Below are positions 52,001 through 61,000 of a DNA stretch of 64,000 nt, one piece after another; the first letter of the stretch is position 1; each line of letters opens with the position of its first letter. The notes under the pieces are model-generated. The model saw only the letters and a program-made list of their open reading frames with translations, had not been told where the DNA came from and made no database searches. The stretch is from Anolis carolinensis (taxonomy: Eukaryota). A program made the translations under genes and the position numbers. The DNA lies in contig NC_085842.1 of the NCBI RefSeq assembly GCF_035594765.1, positions 137,343,036 through 137,407,035 of the forward strand, given 5' to 3'.

Positions 52001-55000
52001 CATCCTGCAATTCCAGTCCATAGAAAACTAACATGCCACAGAGAAGAGTGAGCTAAGCCCCTTCTCCCTGGCATCTATTTTTTTCCTATTCATGTGGAAA
52101 TGTTTAGTGATGAGGCAAGTAAGTCTATTCATGCATATAGTATTTTTAAGGCTTATTAGGGTGGTAGGCAGGGCTTATTTATTAAGGTAAAGAGCTCATA
52201 GACAATTCTAAAGGGAAAAATTTGATTCATATATTATTTAGTTCAATAGCTCCCTTTCTTATTTTCCTCCATTTTATCTATACTCTGCCTGTTTCACAAA
52301 ATTGGGATTTAAGAAGGCTTACAGTTTAAATAAGTCTAATTTCTGAATGGAATGTTATTTCTCATATTGATACTCATATTTTTCCAGTAGAAGAGGGGAA
52401 AAAACATTAGCAAATGAACATGGCTATAATTTATTTCCTCAGTTCACTATTTATTTTCTGACTTTAAGCAAACATCTGTTTTTAAACAGGTCTGGCCATA
52501 GCAGAATGACAAAGGCTGTAGATGCATTTAGTAAGTAAAATTCCAGGGAATAAATTCCTCAGAAATATTTATGATATTTACACATTTCATTGTGCCCAGC
52601 CACAGTCAGCTGTGATTTCTTCCTGCAAAACTTACTGAGCGAGATTCTTAAGAGTTACAAGAGATCTACTTTATTTCCTTTCTGCAGATATTAACACTTT
52701 CCCTGCATTGTAAATGCTGCTGCTGCTGTTTTTGTTTTTGTTGTTGTTGTGTGTGTGTCTTTGAGTTATGCTTGACCTATGGCGACCCTAAGGAAGAGCT
52801 ATCATAAGCCAAGATTTGTTTAGAGGAACTTTGCCATAGCTTTCTTCTGTGGCTGGAAGAGTGTGTGACTTGTCAAGGCTACTCGGTGGATTTTATGGCT
52901 AAGTTGGGATTCAAATCCCAGTCCCTAGCAGTCCCAGTCTAATATTTAGACAACTACACCATGTTTGTTTTCATTTCTTTTTAGTATCAGGACATAGTGA
53001 AATATATTTATTTTTAATATCAGGACAAACTTCTCCCCATGGAACAGAAATTATTTTTGGTTCTCTCAGACAATGGTTTCCTTAGAAGTTTTTTTTGCTC
53101 AGTGAATGCAGACTGTCATCTTAGTATGAGAACAGTTGCAGTTTTTCCATTGTGGTGATGTGTGATGACTCATGGGCCATGTAGTCTCGTTCCTAGTATT
53201 ATTGTGGCAGATGAAGAGGAAAACTTGGGTTTCCCACCGTTTCAGCCAGAATTGGAGCCCTTGCACCTGCAGGATATCTGCCCTCCAGAAGCCAGCCAAA
53301 CAAGCCTTGAGCAGAAATCTCCCCCATTTTCTCGCCAAGATTATTATAATCAACAAAGAGGCGCTCGCGAGGCGACTCGCCGGAGCGCCAGGATCGCTGC
53401 CAGACAATTAGATGATTAAGTCTGTTTCCCTTGGGAAACTTTAGGGAGTCATGCATCTGGACACAGAATGGCTTTCGGTTCTTGTTCCCCAGAGAAAGTG
53501 TTCTTTGGCGGGAAAACGAGATCCTATTTAGGTGTTTGCCCTCGTAGGAAACCTTGCGGAGTCAATTCGTCAGCTCGTGGAGTGAGATCGTGTGTAGACT
53601 TCTACTCCAGTTCCCAGCTCTTGAATCAAGTTCCCAGCCCTGCCTTGTTCCACGGATTTCTATGGACTCAGTTCTTGTTCCACAATTGCCTTGCTTCAAG
53701 TTGGACCTTGTTACGTCTCAAGTCTTGCCTTGCCTTGCGTTTTAACCACGGACCTTGCTTCTCGGATTCAAGCCTTGTTTTCTATTCCTTCGGATTTACC
53801 TTAAGCCTCTAAGACTATGGACAGTTCCCCACACTATTGTTTGCCAAATAGTGTGTGTTTCGGTGAAGTGGATTATAACTTTGGGCTTTAATATCATATA
53901 TTGGACATTGTTTTCCTGGACTATAATTGACCTTTCCTGAAAGGTCTATTTCTGAACTATATTCTACACTTGTTTTTATTGACTTTATATATTCCTTTAA
54001 TAAAGATATTAGATAGAATCTGGCCTCTGCGCATGGTTATTGGTGCTCTGCAGCCTGGGTCCTGACAGTTTGACTCCGCCACCCTTAAGCACCAATTAAT
54101 CTAGGCCAGAATGTCCACTGGAACCGGGGCGGAAGCCCAACCACTCAGCTATACCATCTCCAAGGATGAAGTGGACAGAATCCGTGATATGCTCCACACG
54201 CAGGAGGGAGAAATACGGGGCTTGAAGGAACGCGGAACCCGTCTCCCTGCCCTGGCGTTACCAACCAAGTTTTCCGGGGAAGCTTCCAAGGTTCATGTTT
54301 TCCGTCGCCAGTGCCAGGCATACCTAGAAGCCCGTCAGGCCGAGTTTCCTCAAGAAGACATCAAGGTAGCGTGGATCTACAGTCTCCTAGACGGGCCAGC
54401 GGCCAATTGGGCGACGGCGCTATTTGATGAAGCCTCCCCACACCTAAGTTCCGCGCAAAACTTCCTGGATCACCTTAAGGCGACTTGGGGGATCGAGGAC
54501 AATTTAGAGGCGGCCGGCCACAAACTCCGGCGCCTTCTTCAAGGGGACAGGCCCATGTCCCAGTCCATAGCCGAGTTCCGAGTGCTGGCCCAAAACACCG
54601 GCTGGAATGACGTAGCCCTCAGGGGACAGTTTCGGGAGGGTCTCAACATCGAGATGTTGGAAGAAATCTCCAAGGTGGATCCCCCAAACTCTCTTGAGAG
54701 ACTTATTGACCAATGTTTACGAGCCGAAGTCATGCTTGCCAACAGAAAACAGTGGCTCTGAGGCCAGAGTGGAAGAGCAGGAGTAAAACCTCCCGCTCCC
54801 GCCGGCATCCAACCACGTCCAATGTGGAGACCCCCGCCACCAGGCCCATACCCCAGAGGAAGCGAGGAGGTGCCGATGCAATTGGGCAATGTGCGCCCCA
54901 GATTAGATGTTGCCGAGAAGGCCCGCCGCCAACGTTTAAACCTCTGTTGGTACTGCGGGAACGGGGGCCACTTTGCCAGAGAGTGTCCAGCCAAAGGAAA

Positions 55001-58000
55001 GCCCGCCGCTCGTTTGGCGGCGGCGTCCTCCGTGGAGACTGAGACGGCCGAGGCGGCAGGCGCAAAGCCGGCGGGGGAAGCCAGCGACCGGGCGTAGAGA
55101 GGCTCGCCAACCCGGTCAAAAACCCCACTCAAGAGCCGCAAACTGGGGTCCTAGTGGTCACCTTGTGGTCAGCGAAAAAAGGACCCGTCATGATCCATGC
55201 CATGATAGACTCAGGAGCAACAAACAATTTCATCGATAGAGAGTATGCCGACTCTCTGGGATTACAATATCACGATTTCAAGAACGCCCGGGTGGTGCAA
55301 GCCATAGATGGCCGCCCCCTAAAGACAGGTCCAGTAAGCCAATGGTCTGAATCCACCAGAATGTGGATAAGGGAACACATGGAAGAGATTTCCTTCTTTG
55401 TTACCGAGGTTCCTCACTTCCCTGTGATTTTGGGAATTCCATGGCTGACACTCCACGACCCCAGCATCTCTTGGGCCAACAGAGAACTGCAGTTTGCTTC
55501 TAAATATTGCCAAAACCATTGTCTTGTAGCCAAGGTCTGCCATGCCACAGACGCTGAACCCATCATCACCTTACCCAAGAAATATTCAGACTTTTGGGAT
55601 GTTTTCAATGAAAAGGAAGCCGAGAAACTACCCCCGCATAGGCCCTATGATTGTGCCATTGACTTGGTGGAGGGGGCCCCGATTCCGCGAGGACACCTCT
55701 ACTCCCTGACTGAACCAGAGCAAGAAGCTCTCTGGGAGTTCATAGAGTCAACCCTCCGCAAGGGGTTCATCAGACCCTCTCAATCCCCAGCCGCTTCCCC
55801 AGTGATGTTTGTGAAAAAGAAGTCAGGGGACCTACGCTTGGTTGTGGACTATAGAGCATTGAACAATATCACTAAATGGAACCGTTATCCCCTGCCTTTG
55901 ATCTCGGACTTATCAGACCGGCTTCGAGGGGCCAAGATTTACACCAAGCTGGATCTTCGGGGAGCTTACAATCTAGTTCGCATCAGGGAGGGGGACGAGT
56001 GGAAAACCGCCTTCCAGACTAAATTCGGATTATTCGAGTCCCTAGTCATGAATTACGGTTTATGTGGAGCTCCCGCAACGTTCCAGCACTTTGTTAATGA
56101 TATCTTTCAGGATTATCTAGATCGGTTCTTGATCATCTACTTGGACGATTTTTTGGTGTTTTCTAGATCACAATCAGAACATGAGAAACACGTCAGAATG
56201 GTGTTACAACGATTGCGGGATCATGGACTATATGCCAAGTTGGAAAAATGCGCTTTTGATCTACAAGAGGTAGAATTCCTGGGATACCGTGTCTCGCCAC
56301 AAGGGCTCTCCATGGACCCGGCAAAGGTTTCAACAGTATTGGAATGGCGGGCGCCAACCAACAAGAAAGAGGTGCAGCGTTTCTTGGGGTTCGCGAACTA
56401 CTACCGCAAGTTCATTCCAGACTTTGCCCGCTGGTCTGATCCAATCACCAGCTGCATCCGTGGAAAACAGCCCTTCCGCTGGACGGAGCAAGCAGAGGAA
56501 GGGTTCCAGCAACTAAAGAAACTATTCACGTCCCAGCCAATTCTACAGCACCCTGATCCTAAGACCCCTTTTGTTGTGCAGGCTGACGCCTCCGATGTGG
56601 CAATCGGGGCTGTACTCATGCAACCAGTGGGAGAACATCTTCACCCTTGTGCCTTTTACTCCCGTCAACTAACAGCCCCAGAGAGAAATTATACTATTTG
56701 GGAAAAGGAACTTTTGGCCATAAAGGCAGCCTTTGAAAATTGGAGACATTGGTTAGAAGGGGCCAAATTTCCCATTGAGGTTCATACTGATCATCGTAAT
56801 TTGGAGCATCTAAGAACTGCCCGCAAGTTAAATCAAAGGCAGCAGCGCTGGGCTTTGTTTTTTGAGCGTTTTGACTTCCAGATCCATTATGTAACCCCTG
56901 CTCAGACCAAGCAAGCAGATGCTCTTTCACGAAAACCAGAGTATGCTGCAGGGCGCAGAGAGACCTTCGAATCCCAATTGCTACAGCCTGAAAACTTTGC
57001 CACGCTCACAGTGGGAAGCACCAAATCCACTGCAGTTGAACCAACTCCCTCTACCCCAGGACCCCTTTGTGCTCAAGAAATTAGAGCCAGCCAACAGACG
57101 GATGCCTGGGCTCAAGACCAAATTCGCCAAGGACTACGTTTTCCTTTCTCACTTAAGGATGGGCTACTATGCTACAGAAATCATGTCTACATCCCTCCAG
57201 GACCTGGCAGAGAAAAGGCACTTCATCTATGTCATGACTGCAAGCCAGCAGGGCATTTTGGGCTATTCAAAACCATGCATTTGATCCTACGGGATTTCTG
57301 GTGGCCCAAGATCCGTAAGGATGTGGAGAAATATGTCAATACCTGCCCGGTATGCCAGCGTTCCAAGACAAGAAGGGAGAAGCCCTCAGGGCTACTGCAT
57401 CCCCTTCCTACTCCATCTCGCCCATGGGAGATAATTTCTGCGGATTTTATCACTGACCTACCACCCTCCCTTGGATTCACCACGATCCTAGTGGTGGTGG
57501 ACCTTTTTACCAAGTTGGCCCATTTCATTCCCTGCGATGGCCTTCCCACGGCCAAAGAGACTGCAGATTTATTCCTTCAGCATGTTTTCAGACTACATGG
57601 ATTGCCCAAGAGTTTAGTCACAGACCGTGGATCTCAATTCACCTCTCGTTTCTGGAAGGCACTACAAAAACTATTGGGCATAGACTCTCGTTTATCTTCA
57701 GCTCACCATCCCCAAACGGATGGACAAACTGAGCGCACCAATGCCACTTTGGAACAATACCTTCGCTGTTATGTAAACTACCAGCAGGACAATTGGGCTT
57801 CCCTGTTACCTCTGTCAGAGTTTGCCTACAACAACGGTGTCCAGGCTTCAACTAAAGAAACCCCGTTCTTTGCAAACTACGGCTTCCATCCACGTTTCTT
57901 TCCTTCTGTCATTGAAACCTCAGAGGTCCCCGCAGCGGAGGACTGGCTGCAAGAACTCACAGCGGTGCAACAACTATTGCTCCAGCAATTGGACCAAGCC

Positions 58001-61000
58001 AAGGAGGACTATAAACGCCACGCTGACCATCATCGCCAGCCGGGCCCCGAAATCAAGGTAGGAGATCGGGTTCTTCTGTCCACTCGCTTTTTGCCCTCCC
58101 ACCGTCCCTGCCGGAAGCTAGATGCCCGTTTCATTGGTCCCTATCCAGTGGTGGCGCAACTTAACCCCGTGACTTTCAAACTCCAACTTCCGCGCTCTAT
58201 GCGCATTCATCCAGTGTTTCATCGCTCTCTGCTCCTTCCGGCGGATGGTGTGCGCCCTGATGCAGACCGGCCGGCCCCCACCCCTGTTTTGGTGGATGGG
58301 GAGGAGGAATTCGAGGTTCAGGACATTTTGGATTCCCGCTTCCACCGCTGCCGCCTTCAGTATCTCATTGACTGGGTGGGTTTTGGCCCCGAAGAACGCT
58401 CTTGGGAAGACGCCTCCACAGTCCATGCCCCCGACCTAGTCCGCCGCTTCCATCAGGCCTACCCTGCCAAGCCGCGGCCCCGCACCTTGGGAAGAGGGCC
58501 CATTTTGGAGAGGGGGCTTGAGGAGGGGGATAGTGTGATGACTCATGGGCCATGTAGTCCCGTTCCTAGTATTATTGTGGCAGATGAAGAGGAAAACTTG
58601 GGTTTCCCACCGTTTCAGCCAGAATTGGAGCCCTTGCACCTGCAGGATATCTGCCCTCCAGAAGCCAGCCAAACAAGCCTTGAGCAGAAATCTCCCCCAT
58701 TTTCTCGCCAAGATTATTATAATCAACAAAGAGGCGCTCGCGAGGCGACTCGCCGGAGCGCCAGGATTGCTGCCAGACAATTAGATGATTAAGTCTGTTT
58801 CCCTTGGGAAACTTTAGGGAGTCATGCATCTGGACTCAGAATGGCTTTCGGTTCTTGTTCCCCAGAGAAAGTGTTCTTTGGTGGGAAAACGAGATCTTAT
58901 TTAGGTGTTTGCCCTCGTAGGAAACCTTGCGGAGTCAATTCGTCAGCTCGTGGAGTGAGATCGTGTGTAGACTTCTACTCCAGTTCCCAGCTCTTGAATC
59001 AAGTTCCCAGCCCTGCCTTGTTCCACGGATTTCTATGGACTCAGTTCTTGTTCCACGATTGCCTTGCTTCAAGTTGGACCTTGTTACGTCTCAAGTCTTG
59101 CCTTGCCTTGCGTTTTAACCACGGACCTTGCTTCTCGGATTCAAGCCTTGTTTTCTATTCCTTCGGATTTACCTTAAGCCTCTGTTTTAACCACGGACCT
59201 TGCTTCTCGGATTCAAGCCTTGTTTTCTATTCCTTCGGATTTACCTTAAGCCTCTAAGACTATGGACAGTTCCCCACACTATTGTTTGCCAAATAGTGTG
59301 TGTTTCGGTGAAGTGGATTATAACTTTGGGCTTTAATATCATATATTGGACATTGTTTTCCTGGACTATAATTGACCTTTCCTGAAAGGTCTATTTCTGA
59401 ACTATATTCTACACTTGTTTTTATTGACTTTATATATTCCTTTAATAAAGATATTAGATAGAATCTGGCCTCTGCGCATGGTTATTGGTGTTCTGCAGCC
59501 TGGGTCCTGACATGATGAGAGTTTGAAATCTGGCTTGCTTAATGTTGGATTGTGTTTTCTATAATATAGTTTGTTTCAGATGTTGAATAGGCAAGAAGAG
59601 AGCCTAGTAGGGTGGTTTATCTTGCCTGATTCAAACAATAGAATGTCCTACCCTTATGCCTTCTTATTCCCTATGGTTTCTTGATTTTATATTCAGCCTC
59701 TTGTACTAATAGAGAAGACGTTATTATCATGGGTGAAGGAGGAGTTAGACCAATTATTTTCCCTCTTAACCCAGTATTAATTGAGGATTGTTATGAAAGA
59801 TGTATATGCATGCATGTTTTTTTTTAAATACTGTGGCTTCTTTGCAGAAAGATCTATCAAGCTGTGTGTCACAAAAGAGATTCTGCTGCTCAGCATAACA
59901 ACAGCCTATACAGGTAATTGAAGAACAAATTGAAGGAGCCTCTACATGTCCTTCAAATAGAGCCTTTTTCTTGATCAATATTAGCTTTCTATTATATCAT
60001 TGCTCAATAAAATAAAAATCCCTAAAGGGTCATGGCCTCTTGATAAATGGACTGAGCTGTGGTTCAAAGGAGATTCCTGAATATCTGGACATCTCAGATA
60101 GCTGGGCCTTTCAATTCAAGGAAAGTATGTGTTGTGTCAAATGCTCTAGAGTGCCTAGGTAGCAGTGGAAAATCAAAGTTTCTCAATGCTCATCTGGCTC
60201 TGTCATTTCAAATCCCACTGCTTTTGGCTACACAATGCAAATCTGTAGGCACTCATCCTATATTTCTTTCTCCCAAATTATTTTGTCAGGCTTTCTCCAA
60301 ATGTTTCTTTGCAGCCAAAAGATAGCTTTATGTATTTTTACAGCAAACAGCTGCTCATTTTGATTATTGGAGTGGCTCTGCGTAAAAGACCTTGAGTGGT
60401 TTCCTTGTGCACATTTAAAAGGTTTCGGACTGTGGCTCTTAAGAATTCTTTTCCAACCTATTTGTCTGTTCAGTACTTCTAAGCTTTTCATTTCCTTTTG
60501 TAGGATGTGTTGTATGATTGCCATCTGGTGGCTACAGTGAACCTTATCTGTCGTCTCTTAGACTGCAGCCATATTTTCCAATGTTGTCCTTTAAATATGA
60601 AAGCTAGAAGGTTCTCCTTATTGCATGGAACTTTTAATAGGTGTGATTGTCTGTATTAAAAAAGAGAAATCAATTAAATTGTGGATTTCAGTGAACTTAA
60701 GTGCCTCATCTCAATACTTTGTTTCTAATTTCAAAAACACTCCCTAATTTCTGCATCACAACATCTTTTGTTAGATTTTGCCTAAAGTCACTGTAGACTG
60801 GTAGGATATGAATGGAAGACATATACACATGCTAAAGAACCTCCCCAGTGCTCTAGGAAGAGGAGGCCACGGGAATTTGTTTACATTTGTTATTTAGTGC
60901 CAGTTGGTAAAATTTTATTTTATTTATCCAATCTATATCCCACATATCCTTCAAGAAACACAATGTACTCCCACCCCCAGTTTAAGAGTGGGTATGTAGG

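Larger units (their letters stand above)
53161..59512 (+). mobile_element. Full-length Ty3/Gypsy chromovirus LTR retrotransposon (Tf1/sushi group) in an MFSD11 intron
   Basis: TG...CA LTRs 53161-54067 and 58534-59512; 5-bp TSD TGATG; PPT at ~58510-58533; domain order gag, PR, RT, RH, IN, chromodomain. Confidence 0.97.

Noticed and set aside
54111-58792. Domesticated PEG10/RTL1-like host gene
   Set aside because: Flanked by near-identical LTRs and a TSD, with a nonsense codon in gag: a recent transposon copy.
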